Below are positions 1-10,045 of a stretch of DNA of 64,000 bases, in pieces (the first letter of the stretch is position 1; each line of letters begins with the position of its first letter). The translations under genes and the position numbers were made by a program. The stretch is from contig CBDFJF010000002.1 of assembly GCA_965248265.1 (NCBI GenBank), positions 3,200,001-3,264,000 of the forward strand, read 5' to 3'. This stretch comes from Candidatus Latescibacterota bacterium. GTDB taxonomy: Bacteria; Latescibacterota; UBA2968; UBA8231. Below the pieces are notes generated by a model. The model was given only the letters and a program-made list of their open reading frames with translations, did no database searches and was not told where the DNA came from.

Positions 1-1405
1 AAGCGGGAGTACTAGGCGACTCCAATCCGATCGTGAAAGGGATGCCAAGCATCACATCCGAGCTGCCGATGCTGCCCACCAACTCGTCAGGGACCCCTGA
101 GGTATCCAGGGTGGCATCCGTGCTCTCGAACAAACGGAACTCCACGAAGTTCCCAGCCACGTCAAGGTCATCGGGAAAGCCGAAAAGAGTCAATGCCAAC
201 GAGTCGACGCTGGTGGTTCCATCGCCGGTGAAAGCGATGCTGAACAGCTGCGTCTCTCGCTGAGGGGCGCCGATGCCTCCCTGCACGGCGGAATTGTCAG
301 GATCGATCAGGCGAATGCGGTGGTTGTCCCGGTCCGCTATGAGAATCTGGCCGAGTGAGTCGACGGTGACATCGACCGGGCTGCGTACCTGGGCATGATT
401 GGCGGGACCACCGTCGCCGGCGTAGTCGAAGATGCCGTCGCCGGCAATGGTCGTCACGTTGCCGCGCGCGTTCACCCGGCGGACGCGTTGATTGAAGGTA
501 TCGGCGATATACAGGTTGCCTTCTGCATCCACGAACAGGCCCCTGGGGAAGGCGAGTCCGGCGTCCGCGGGGGCACCGCCATCACCACCGAAATTTGGCA
601 GGGAGCTGCCGGCGAGGGTGTGCATTTTGCCGTCCGAGGAAACGTAGCGAATGCGATGATTGTTGGTATCTGTTATGTACAACCGGCCTGAAGTCGAGTC
701 GCTGAAGACACCCGAGGGACCATCGAGTTGGGCCTTTACTGCCAGGCTGTCGTCGCCGAAGAAGCCGGCCTCGCCGGTTCCGGCGAAGGTTGAGATCGAA
801 CTGCCCGTGATCACCCGGATGCGGTGATTTCCCGTGTCGGCGACAAAGATGCTGTCCCCGTTCCCACTCACAAACAGCTGCGTTGGTGCTGACAGCCGCG
901 CCTCGATTGCGGCACCATCGTCGCCTGAGGCCCCCGCTACTCCGGTGCCGGCGATCGTGGTGATATCGCCGTTGGCAATCAAACGAATTCGGTGGTTGCC
1001 CGAGTCAGCTACGTAGACGTTCCCGGACGGGGTCACGAATACCCCTATGGGGGCGTTGAGCTGCGCCAACGATGCCGCTGCGCCATCCCCTGAGAATCCG
1101 GCAACACCGGTGCCGGCGATGACCGCAGGGATGCCGGTGGATTCGTCGATGAAGAGGATGCGGTTGTTCCCGGTATCGGCGATATAGAGTCCGAACGGAT
1201 CGACATGGACGGCTCCGGGGAGGTCGAGGCTGGTCGTGATCCCGGTCGCGCCCACACTGCTGCCCTGGGAGCCGGTGCCGACGTTGGTCGTCATGGTCTG
1301 GGACAGGACTACGCTATAGCTCCCAACCGTGGCGGCGGCGATCAGCAGCAGCACTCCTACGGAGGATCGCCATGGTGACTTTCGAAGGCCTGCGGGAACC
1401 ATCAT
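1..1405 (-). CDS. Secreted NHL-repeat (beta-propeller) protein, 3'-truncated by the window edge; absent from the supplied ORF track
   Basis: Manual translation from ATG 1405 stays open to the edge. Signal-like N-terminus (VGVLLLIAAATVGSYSVVLS) followed by about 5 repeats of 'LYIADTGNNRI...IAGTGVAGFSGDG' / 'YVADSGNHRIR' / 'YIADTFNQRVR', then a beta-rich domain. Confidence 0.88.
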   Translation of the reverse strand, partial: MMVPAGLRKSPWRSSVGVLLLIAAATVGSYSVVLSQTMTTNVGTGSQGSSVGATGITTSLDLPGAVHVDPFGLYIADTGNNRILFIDESTGIPAVIAGTGVAGFSGDGAAASLAQLNAPIGVFVTPSGNVYVADSGNHRIRLIANGDITTIAGTGVAGASGDDGAAIEARLSAPTQLFVSGNGDSIFVADTGNHRIRVITGSSISTFAGTGEAGFFGDDSLAVKAQLDGPSGVFSDSTSGRLYITDTNNHRIRYVSSDGKMHTLAGSSLPNFGGDGGAPADAGLAFPRGLFVDAEGNLYIADTFNQRVRRVNARGNVTTIAGDGIFDYAGDGGPANHAQVRSPVDVTVDSLGQILIADRDNHRIRLIDPDNSAVQGGIGAPQRETQLFSIAFTGDGTTSVDSLALTLFGFPDDLDVAGNFVEFRLFESTDATLDTSGVPDELVGSIGSSDVMLGIPFTIGLESPSTPA

Positions 1406-1485
1406 CGACTTAAAAGCCCCAAACATTAAAGGAATCCGAGCAAACGTGCGATAAGTACTAGGAATAGCAACGACTACTACCTCAT

Positions 1486-1512
1486 TTATCGTTGGCAAAC
1501 CGGAAAACCTGA
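1486..1512 (-). promoter_or_regulatory. Possible sigma28 (FliA)-like promoter for the NHL gene
   Basis: Minus strand reads TCAGGTTT-N11-AACGATAA versus consensus TAAAGTTT-N11-GCCGATAA (6/8 in each box), about 80 bp upstream of ATG 1405. Confidence 0.35.
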
Positions 1513-1574
1513 GAATTAACTCAGTGATTCAAGGTCAGGCGCGGGAAATTCCGGATTCCAGGGCACGGACGAGG

Positions 1575-1590
1575 TGGAACGAGGTTTGCT
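1575..1590 (+). promoter_or_regulatory. Putative sigma54 (-24/-12) promoter for the large secreted-protein operon
   Basis: TGGAACGAGGTTTGCT: GG-N10-GC, one mismatch to TGGCACG-N4-TTGCW, about 190 bp upstream of ATG 1778. Confidence 0.5.
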
Positions 1591-1682
1591 CTCTGTGCCA
1601 GAGAGTGTGCCGCCCTGAGCGAAAATCCGCGTGGCGAGCAGACCGGTACAGGGATGCTGACAGTGAGTTGTGACAATTTACG

Positions 1683-1716
1683 GCTCTCGAGTGGGAATAT
1701 ATTTCCACTCGAGAGC
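1683..1716. repeat. 34-bp near-perfect palindrome in the intergenic/leader region
   Basis: GCTCTCGAGTGG-GAATATATTT-CCACTCGAGAGC: perfect 12-bp arms, and the centre is self-complementary except one G/T pair. Confidence 0.9.
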
Positions 1717-1777
1717 GTCTGATAGTGTAACGGTAGGGAATGTGTGTGACATTATCTGGGAAGAATCCGTTGGCTGA

Positions 1778-4700
1778 ATGCTGCGTCTAGTCACCATCAC
1801 GGTTGTCGTCCTAGCACTCGCGGGTATGTGTGGGGCCCAATCCGTCCAGGTTTCACCCTCCGAGCTGGGCCAGGTGCCCTCCTTCTCGGCAGTGCCATAC
1901 TGGCAGCAGTTGGTGATCACCTTCGACCAGGCGGACGTGGCCAGCGACTCCACGGTGACGATCAACATGCCGCTCACGCTGCTGATCTACGACGTCAACG
2001 GTGACGGTTCGGTTCAGGATGACATCCGTTTGATGTACCAACCGGCGGGCGCGGAAACTCCAGGATTCTTCGTGTCCAGTGAATCCGCAAGCGGGCGTGT
2101 CGTCATCGGCAGCATTGCGGAGGCCGCCTTCGGTGGCCGTCTGTACGTCCAGATTCCGATTCTTATTTTCACTCCGCTGCCGGGCTCGATCCTGCGTTAC
2201 GGGGCGATAGAATTTGGCGATCCACGTGAGCGCGATCTGATCGAGGGTCCGTTTTTGACCGTGCTCTCGAACGACGAGTTCGCTCTTCTTGGCTCGATGG
2301 ATATCGCCAAGTTTGCCCCCCTGTTTGCGGCCACCGGCTCCGATACCACCACGTCGACCCTAGGGACCCTCTTTCCCGACGATGCCGGTGAAGTCCTGGC
2401 GGTCCTGCCGGATCTGGTTTTCGATGGCGGCGGCTTGAACTCCAGTGATCTACTGGGGTTTGGCAACGGAGATGACTCCGACGATACAGAATACTCCTTC
2501 CACTTCTCGAATGATGGCTCGCTTAAAGCAGTCGACTCGAGTGTGGCCACGCCTGCTCGGGCCTCGACTGGCGAGGTGTACCGCTTGACGGAGGGAGACG
2601 CCGGCGCAACGGTTCAATTCTTGACCCAGGTACTGGATGCTGGCACCTACTACCTCTACGTGACCAGCAACGTTACTGGTAGTATCCCTCTGGCTCGCAG
2701 TCGAGCCATCAGCGTGCGTCATCAACCTCAAGTGCTGTTGGCTGAACCGAGCCTCGATCTGACTCTCGACACCGGCGATCTGTACGACCTCAGCGGCGAT
2801 CCGAACGGTAACTCGGCACAGGAGGTCACGCTGTCCTACGCCGCGTTGGATCACGACGACGAGGTTTCCGTCCATCTATTCTACAGTGAACAGGCCGACC
2901 TGACGAGCAGTGATGCCAGTGTAGTGGCTGAAGGCCAGGCGCAATTGGCCGGAGCCACAGCCATCACTGAAGAGGCCCTGGTCGAAACAGAGGGCAGTCT
3001 ATCGTGGCACATCTTGGAACCGACGCCAGTGGCAGCTGGAGATTACTGGATCTACACCATGGCCGTGGGGGGCTCCGAGATTGGGCTCAAGCGCAGTGAT
3101 GGCCAGGTCCATGTCAGACACGCTCCATCCTTGAGGCTGGATGCCCTCGATGATGCGGTGCTGAGCGGTGCCAATGCCATCATCACCGGCGGCACTCGTC
3201 CACAGTCCTTCATCACCTTTACATGGGGTCGAGGAGGCAGCGATGGGGATGACGATTTCGACGGCGACGCCGAGATCGCACTGTATTACAGCAATCATGG
3301 CGCCGGTTTGGCCCCACCAGCCGAGAATGTTGAAGAGGAAACCTTTTGGGTACCGGGTGGAGCAGAAGCACTGCTGGCAGACGTTGGCGTCAACACCCAT
3401 TTGATCGTCGCCGGCCTGAACGAAGATCCAGATCAGCGGGAGGATAACCAGTTCGTCTGGGATCTGGCGAATTTGACCGACACCGCTGTACCGGAAGCCG
3501 ATCGCACCTACTACATCTATGGCATCATCTCCGATGGTGATGATGAGCGCCTGGTGCAGATGAATGGTGGTCGTCTCAATGACGCGGCCTCCCGCATCGT
3601 TTTTGAACATCCTCCGACCGTGCGTCCTCTGCAACCGGTCTCCGACATGGACGTCGCGATCGGGCGGAGTGGGCGAGTGAGTTGGCAGGATACCGATCTC
3701 GACACCCAGGCCTGGATAAGGATCATTCTCACCCAAGAGGATCACGGCGAATTTTCCGACTACGGTACCGTCACGTCCGCACCGTCCGCCTACGTGGCCA
3801 ATTCGAGTGATGGACGGGCAAGTCCCGAGGTCGATGTCGAATTCGATCTGGACGAGGACAGCGACACGGACTTCTTCGACGTCGAACCGGATAAGCTACA
3901 ACTCGGTGTCAGTGCGGACGTACCGCTGCCGCCCGGATCCTATCAGGTGTACGTCGCCATTACCGAATCGCAGACGTTTACCGATTCACCGGCATGGCGT
4001 TGCGCCGGGATCATAGAAATTGTCGAAGCGGGGGAAGGGGGCAACCAGGAGGCGGTGTTCAACCTGGCACCCCAACACTTCACACTCGGGACCAACACAC
4101 CACAACTCGTGAACGTCCGGATTGATGACGCCGATGAGTCAGTCGATCTCGTCGTCGTCCATCTCGAGATAGATGGCACCCATTTGTCGGTCGCCGACTT
4201 GGATTCGGAGACAGAAGGGATTCAGCCCTTCGCCGTGTCGCCTGGATTCAGCGCTTCGAACATGGTAATGAACACCCTCACCAATGGAAATGAGGGGGAG
4301 CTCTTTCTCGCCTTCGAGTACTTCGAGGCGACTTCGGCGCGAATCGCCGGGTTGGATGGTGTTACGTCAATAGCCTCCTTCGAGTTGGTCGCTCTGGATA
4401 ATGAGGGTGACGCCGATGTCGAACTGGTAAGCGATCCGCTCATGGATCGCCTGTCGAGGCTCGATCGTGATGGAGTCACCGTTTCCTCAGGCAGTGAATC
4501 AAGCCTGGCGACAGCTCGCATCGTCTCCGGTCGGGCACTGGTTCGGGGCACGCTGCGGCTTGAAGGACGAGACAGCTTGATCGACTCCGTCGACTTCTCC
4601 CTGCGCCCGTGGGCTAGTTACGAGAAACTCGATGACGACGTCTTCAGCGCCGCGAACGACATCGACCCCGTCAAGAGTGGAGTGCAGGTCCAGATTGCCG

Positions 4701-5830
4701 CCGACGGAGTCTTCGAGCTCATGGAGGTGCCGACCGGTCGCCTGGACATCTACGCCCACATGGACGGTTACCTGGATGCCTGGCATTCAGGTTTGGATCT
4801 GCTGCCGGCACAGGTTGTCGAGGACATCCGTCCGGTGACGCCAACCGGGGCTGTCGTTGCCGACGATTCACTGATGCTGGGTGGTGATGTGGCCGGCTAC
4901 ACTGACTTGAGCGGTCGAAGTCTTCCAGACAACGAGGTTACACTGGCCGACTGGGATTTCACCGCCGCCTTGTTCGATCGCACGGCAGCCAGTGTGGGAG
5001 ACAGCGCGAGAGCCGACATCACCGGGGATGGTTTCATCAACGTTAGAGATCTGGCTCTGGTCGGAGCAAACTTCCTGCGCCGAGGACCTCGACCGGTTTA
5101 CAAGGTGGCGCCCCAATCCGAATCATCGCCTCATGCGCTGCTGCGAGTCGAATACAGATCGGGCACGGATGACAACGCTTTTGTGGAGCTGTGGGGGGAT
5201 CGAATATCCGCCGTGGCTGCCTGTCAGTTCGATCTGGCATTCTTACCTGGTGCCTGGAAGATCCTGGAGGTGGTGCCTGGAGCCAGGGGCTCCATGGCGG
5301 TGCACAGGCACAATGCCAATGGTCACAAGGTAGCAGCCGTACTCATGGACGGACATCTGTCAACGGATGTTCCACTGATGAGCTGGCGACTGCAGGCTCT
5401 ACAGGCCGAGCCGAGTCCACCGACACTTGCCGGTGCGCTCTTACTGGATCGCTCCCACCGAGAAATCGTTGCTGAAGTGGTTTCGACGCCAGCCGGGCAG
5501 ACTGAGCCCCAACCCCTCCACTTCGGGCTGAGTCAGAACTTTCCAAACCCGTTCAACCCGGAAACGACCATTGGCTTCACTGTTCCGGCGATGGTGGGGA
5601 GGGTGGCATCCGAGCCGCACGTGCAACTCGAAGTGTATAACTCGGTGGGACAGTTGGTTGCCCAGCTCGTCGACGGAGCGTTCGCGCCCGGGCCGCACAC
5701 CGTGCACTGGGATGGACATGACAGGGACGGTTTGACCGCCGGCAGCGGCGTCTATTTCTATCGTCTGCATATCGTCAGTGATGATGCCGGCAGCCGCACC
5801 CTGGTGCGGCGCATGCTGCTGCTAAGGTGA
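1778..5830 (+). CDS. Large secreted modular protein: repeated Ig-like modules, cohesin-like domain, X-module, dockerin, second cohesin-like domain, C-terminal FlgD-Ig/CTD sorting domain
   Basis: 1350 aa with signal peptide. Dockerin-like 'GGDVAG...DNEVTLADW...ADITGDGFINVRDLALVGANF'; C-terminal 'LSQNFPNPFNPETTIGF...WDGHDRDG..AGSGVYFYRL'. Confidence 0.85.
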   Translation: MLRLVTITVVVLALAGMCGAQSVQVSPSELGQVPSFSAVPYWQQLVITFDQADVASDSTVTINMPLTLLIYDVNGDGSVQDDIRLMYQPAGAETPGFFVSSESASGRVVIGSIAEAAFGGRLYVQIPILIFTPLPGSILRYGAIEFGDPRERDLIEGPFLTVLSNDEFALLGSMDIAKFAPLFAATGSDTTTSTLGTLFPDDAGEVLAVLPDLVFDGGGLNSSDLLGFGNGDDSDDTEYSFHFSNDGSLKAVDSSVATPARASTGEVYRLTEGDAGATVQFLTQVLDAGTYYLYVTSNVTGSIPLARSRAISVRHQPQVLLAEPSLDLTLDTGDLYDLSGDPNGNSAQEVTLSYAALDHDDEVSVHLFYSEQADLTSSDASVVAEGQAQLAGATAITEEALVETEGSLSWHILEPTPVAAGDYWIYTMAVGGSEIGLKRSDGQVHVRHAPSLRLDALDDAVLSGANAIITGGTRPQSFITFTWGRGGSDGDDDFDGDAEIALYYSNHGAGLAPPAENVEEETFWVPGGAEALLADVGVNTHLIVAGLNEDPDQREDNQFVWDLANLTDTAVPEADRTYYIYGIISDGDDERLVQMNGGRLNDAASRIVFEHPPTVRPLQPVSDMDVAIGRSGRVSWQDTDLDTQAWIRIILTQEDHGEFSDYGTVTSAPSAYVANSSDGRASPEVDVEFDLDEDSDTDFFDVEPDKLQLGVSADVPLPPGSYQVYVAITESQTFTDSPAWRCAGIIEIVEAGEGGNQEAVFNLAPQHFTLGTNTPQLVNVRIDDADESVDLVVVHLEIDGTHLSVADLDSETEGIQPFAVSPGFSASNMVMNTLTNGNEGELFLAFEYFEATSARIAGLDGVTSIASFELVALDNEGDADVELVSDPLMDRLSRLDRDGVTVSSGSESSLATARIVSGRALVRGTLRLEGRDSLIDSVDFSLRPWASYEKLDDDVFSAANDIDPVKSGVQVQIAADGVFELMEVPTGRLDIYAHMDGYLDAWHSGLDLLPAQVVEDIRPVTPTGAVVADDSLMLGGDVAGYTDLSGRSLPDNEVTLADWDFTAALFDRTAASVGDSARADITGDGFINVRDLALVGANFLRRGPRPVYKVAPQSESSPHALLRVEYRSGTDDNAFVELWGDRISAVAACQFDLAFLPGAWKILEVVPGARGSMAVHRHNANGHKVAAVLMDGHLSTDVPLMSWRLQALQAEPSPPTLAGALLLDRSHREIVAEVVSTPAGQTEPQPLHFGLSQNFPNPFNPETTIGFTVPAMVGRVASEPHVQLEVYNSVGQLVAQLVDGAFAPGPHTVHWDGHDRDGLTAGSGVYFYRLHIVSDDAGSRTLVRRMLLLR

Positions 5831-5846
5831 GGGAAGGGGGGAGTCG

Positions 5847-8800
5847 ATGATGGGTTTACGCACTGACATGGCGCCTGCAAGCGCAAGAGGATTGATCCTC
5901 ACGGCCGTGATCGCCTTGTTGTCCTTCTCCCCGGCGTTGGTGGATGCCGCACAGATTGATCTGCGTGTCCAGGGATTGCCACCCGGGGCCGATCTCACCC
6001 ACGATATTGAGCTTGGAGATGAACTCGTCGTGGACGTCGTGATCGAAGCAGGTAGCGAGGAAGAGATCACCGGGTTTTCCCTCTTCATTTCCTACGACAA
6101 CGAAGTATTTGCCCTGATGCCGGCAGTGGAAGCCAGCGATCAAGAGACCTTGCAGCCCTTCGAGCCTGGTGGGTACCTCAACGGCGTTCCCTTGTTGAAT
6201 CGCCTCGAGGAAGTGGAGGGGGACACCGAGTCCTTCATCGCTTACGCCGAAGCCTCCGGGGTCTCGCGAGAGGTCGCCACCGGCAGTGGTGTGGCAGCTA
6301 GATTTCGCCTCGAGGTTCTGCGCCGGCCGTTGGGTGATCTCTCCCAGATCGTCGTGGAGGAGCGTGGTCACGATCGGTTTTCCCACTATGTCACCGCCGC
6401 GACCCCAGGAACGGAGAGGCGCTTCGACCAACCAGGAACCCTGTCATTCCGAGTAACCGGATTCCGCGTCAAGTCGCTTCCGGATCAAGTGCTCGTAGAA
6501 GGTGAGGCCTCTTCCGTATTCATCCTGAATGATTTCGTCGACCAGGAGGGAGGACGCATCCTCTGGTCGGCCACCCGACTGAGTGAATTGCCGACGTCGA
6601 TCGACGAAGAGTCCACGCAGGTCACGATCACCCCTCAGATAGGCGGCTTTGGTTCAGGTCCCAATCGCAATGCCAGTCGTCGCATGATCTTTACCGCCTT
6701 CGAGACCGGTGAGGGGCTGACAGCCGCCGACACCATCGACATCGTCGTCAACGCGCGTCCGCAGATCGGTGAAGCCATGCGTGACACCGTCCGCTTTGCC
6801 GAAGACGGCTCGACCACGCGGGACCTCGATGGATTCGTCGCCGATGCCGACGACCTGAACGCGGACCTGTCCTGGACGGCCACGACTTCCGGAAATGTCA
6901 TGGTGTCGATCAACCCGGAGACCAGAGTGGCGACCTTTACGGCCGCGCCCGACTGGTACGGCAATGAAGAGGTGGTCTTTCGGGTCGCCGATGGGGATGC
7001 ACTTGATGACGTGGGCACTACCGTCGTTTCCGTAGCGCCCGTAAACGATCCACCGGTGGCTGGTCGCCTCGAGCCAGTCTACCCGCCCAGCGGTTCATCC
7101 GGGGTGGCCATCCCGTTGTCTGATCTGATCAGCGACCGGGATGATGAGCTAACCGACTTGGAGATCACGCCTGAAGTCGAGGGGTCGGCCACAGCGCGGA
7201 TATCACCAGACGGCACAGCGCTTATAGTCAGTGGGGACGAAGCGGGTCGCAGCGTCATTCGCTTGACGGTCACCGACACCTCGGGTGCCACTGCCCAGAC
7301 TCGACAGGTTGCGGTAGTTCTGGGGCCGAATGAGCAGGTTGCACCGGAGATTCTCAGTCTGCCACAGGTGCAGCTGCGCGCCGGCACATTCACCACCTTG
7401 AGTCTGAACCCATTCGCGCGAGATGATCAGCCCGTGAGCAATCTGATCTGGGCTAGCGTAGCGCCCGACGAGTTGCTGGATACCATCGGCTCAGATAATG
7501 TTTTGCGGGTTGACGCGGACGCCTCGTTCTCGGGGGAGTCGGTCGTCGTGTTGGTGGCGACAGACCAGGCAGGGCTCACCGACACGGCGACGCTGCCCGT
7601 GCAGGTGGCGGGTGAGGGTCAAGACCTTCCACCCCTGATATCGCTACCGGGCAAGATCGGTGTGGTCGGGGAGGACGAATCATCAACTCCGACTGAAGTC
7701 GCGTTGGATCCTCTCGTCATCGACCTCGATGATGTTGACAGCCAGATTCAGTGGGAGGTGTTCACGTCGAGTCCGGGACTCGTCATCAATATTGACGAAG
7801 ATAGAACGCTGATGGTCAGTGCCGGCGCTGATTTTGCTCAGGGCGGATCTGGAATAGGGTCCATCTCGCTGATCGCCCGCAACACCAAGGATCTTGCAGA
7901 TACGGCTGCCGTTCCAGTGATCGTCTCCGTCCCAGGGCAAGAGCCGCAGATGGCACCGTTGCCCGACGTCACCCTGGACAGCCTGGCCGCCGAGGTACGC
8001 GTCGATCTGGATGAGTTCGTCTTTGACGCGGACGACTTCGATTCAGAGGTCTTCATGGTGACGGATCATGATCCGGGCGTCGTCGTCGATGTCGATCCGG
8101 TGACTCACGAAATTACGGTACGTCGCGTGGAGGAGAGCGGACGACCCCTTCCCAGTACGTCCGTGCGAGTTTCCGCCGTTGACACGGATGGTGGCTCCTC
8201 GGTAACCCGCATATTGACTATTCAACTGCCGCCGATCTTCAGCTTGAGTGCCATCCCGGACATTGAATTCTTCGAAGGGGAGGACGCCAGCCTGGATCTT
8301 GACGATCATGTGGCTCAACCCGATCCACCTCCACCGCTGTCCTGGTCCGTCGGTCCGACACAGCATCTTGAAGTCCGTATTGATCCGTTGACGCACCGGG
8401 CATTCATCGAGCCCTCCAATGCCGATTTCGTCGGCAGTGAGGTGTTGACCTTCGACGCCATGGACGAGACTGGACGCACCCGCAGCGGCACGGTCAAAGT
8501 CACCGTCAAAAGCCGCGGCCTGGCCCCCGAGATTCGCGACCTGCCAACGATAGAACTGCAGGCAGGCGGCACTGATCGCAGCATTGATCTGGATCAGTTT
8601 GTCTTCGACGATGATCCGGACGACGCACTTCGGTGGACCTTTACGCAGCCTCCGAGCCTGGAGGTCTTCGTCGATCCGGCCACGAACGAGGTCACGATAA
8701 CGGCGCAGGAGGCCGCGGTCGGGCTCGAGCAGGTGCAATTTGCCGTCCAGGATCCAGCCGGGAACACCGACATCGGCGTGCTCGAGGTTATGGTCGTCAG

Positions 8801-10034
8801 AGGCGGCCTGCCGCCGCAGATCAGCGGCCTGCCGCAGATCACCCTGCTGGCGGGAGCTCCGGAGCAATCGTTGTCACTGGATCTGTACGTGACTGACACG
8901 GACACGCCGGACGATCAAATAGTCTGGGTGGTTCGCAGTGAACCCGGAGTGAACGCCCGCATCCAGGACCGACGCCTGTTCCTCTCGGTTCCAGCAGGGC
9001 AGGAAGGTGGGCGACAGCTCACGCTGACGGCCACCGACCCTCAGGGCAACGAGGCTGAGGCTGTCCTCCAGCTTACGATCGAGTTGGATGCTCAAGCACC
9101 TCGATTGAGCCTGGAGATCAAACGCAATCCTGTGGTAGCGGATCTGATAGAGGTCATCGTGACTTCGGACGAATCCTTACCGCAGGCGCCTGGGGTGCGG
9201 ATCAATGGCGCTGAGGTCGAGGTCTTGACGCTCGCCGATGACAGCCTCTTTGTGGCGGCTACGACGATATCTCCCTCAGGGGAGTTGCAGTTGCTCGAAG
9301 TGCTGGCCGAAGGCGCTGACCGAGCCGGAAATGTGAGTACCCGCGAATTGACGGTGGCTTTACGGTGGATGATCGACGAAGGAGGGACGGTACCGTACAC
9401 GGATGGCGTGGCGATCGCCAACGTTCCCGATGCCGCTGCCGGACCGAGACGCCTGGCCATCCTCTACCGCCTGGGAGAAGAGGAGACCCCCCCGGAGAGT
9501 GCGGGTGAGCCGGTCTACGCGATCGATCTGGACAGTGGCGAGCCAGTCATGGATCCCTACACCATCAACCTGTTCCAAGGCGAACGGTCGGGTCAGGGGC
9601 GCGGCCTGCTGCGTTGGGAGCCCTCGAGGCAGGTGTGGGAGGAAGTTCCGACGATCGTGGATGAGGCTGCCGGATGGCTGACGGCTTCCATTCGCGAATC
9701 AGGCCTTTATCGCCCAGGGGCGGTCGCCAGCACCAACACGCGGCCAACCCAGAAGCTGGCCAATCATCCCAATCCGTTTCCTTCTGCCGGGAGCGACAAC
9801 ACGCAGATCGAGTACGAGATGTCCGTCGCCGGACCAGTCCGACTGGAAGTCTTCAACGTTCTCGGGCAGCGGGTGCGCCTGCTGGTCGATGAGTCGTTCC
9901 AGGATGTCGGCGTGTGGACGGTAGTTTGGAACGGAAGAGACGACGCCGGGAGAACGCTCGGCAGTGGCGTCTATTTCTATGAACTCGCGGAACAGCAGGG
10001 AGTCCAGTGTCGTTCGCTGGTGTTGTTCCGTTAG
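5847..10034 (+). CDS. Large secreted protein: N-terminal cohesin-like domain, about 9 cadherin-like/tandem Ig repeats, C-terminal FlgD-Ig/CTD domain
   Basis: 1395 aa with signal peptide. Cohesin-like 'GDELVVDVVI...ITGFSLFISYD...TGSGVAARFRL'; repeats such as 'LDGFVADADD..LSW', 'VAPVNDPP' and 'LDQFVFDDDPDD.LRW'; C-terminal 'NHPNPF...WNGRDDAGRTLGSGVYFYEL'. Confidence 0.85.
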   Translation: MMGLRTDMAPASARGLILTAVIALLSFSPALVDAAQIDLRVQGLPPGADLTHDIELGDELVVDVVIEAGSEEEITGFSLFISYDNEVFALMPAVEASDQETLQPFEPGGYLNGVPLLNRLEEVEGDTESFIAYAEASGVSREVATGSGVAARFRLEVLRRPLGDLSQIVVEERGHDRFSHYVTAATPGTERRFDQPGTLSFRVTGFRVKSLPDQVLVEGEASSVFILNDFVDQEGGRILWSATRLSELPTSIDEESTQVTITPQIGGFGSGPNRNASRRMIFTAFETGEGLTAADTIDIVVNARPQIGEAMRDTVRFAEDGSTTRDLDGFVADADDLNADLSWTATTSGNVMVSINPETRVATFTAAPDWYGNEEVVFRVADGDALDDVGTTVVSVAPVNDPPVAGRLEPVYPPSGSSGVAIPLSDLISDRDDELTDLEITPEVEGSATARISPDGTALIVSGDEAGRSVIRLTVTDTSGATAQTRQVAVVLGPNEQVAPEILSLPQVQLRAGTFTTLSLNPFARDDQPVSNLIWASVAPDELLDTIGSDNVLRVDADASFSGESVVVLVATDQAGLTDTATLPVQVAGEGQDLPPLISLPGKIGVVGEDESSTPTEVALDPLVIDLDDVDSQIQWEVFTSSPGLVINIDEDRTLMVSAGADFAQGGSGIGSISLIARNTKDLADTAAVPVIVSVPGQEPQMAPLPDVTLDSLAAEVRVDLDEFVFDADDFDSEVFMVTDHDPGVVVDVDPVTHEITVRRVEESGRPLPSTSVRVSAVDTDGGSSVTRILTIQLPPIFSLSAIPDIEFFEGEDASLDLDDHVAQPDPPPPLSWSVGPTQHLEVRIDPLTHRAFIEPSNADFVGSEVLTFDAMDETGRTRSGTVKVTVKSRGLAPEIRDLPTIELQAGGTDRSIDLDQFVFDDDPDDALRWTFTQPPSLEVFVDPATNEVTITAQEAAVGLEQVQFAVQDPAGNTDIGVLEVMVVRGGLPPQISGLPQITLLAGAPEQSLSLDLYVTDTDTPDDQIVWVVRSEPGVNARIQDRRLFLSVPAGQEGGRQLTLTATDPQGNEAEAVLQLTIELDAQAPRLSLEIKRNPVVADLIEVIVTSDESLPQAPGVRINGAEVEVLTLADDSLFVAATTISPSGELQLLEVLAEGADRAGNVSTRELTVALRWMIDEGGTVPYTDGVAIANVPDAAAGPRRLAILYRLGEEETPPESAGEPVYAIDLDSGEPVMDPYTINLFQGERSGQGRGLLRWEPSRQVWEEVPTIVDEAAGWLTASIRESGLYRPGAVASTNTRPTQKLANHPNPFPSAGSDNTQIEYEMSVAGPVRLEVFNVLGQRVRLLVDESFQDVGVWTVVWNGRDDAGRTLGSGVYFYELAEQQGVQCRSLVLFR

Positions 10035-10045
10035 GTGATTTGACC

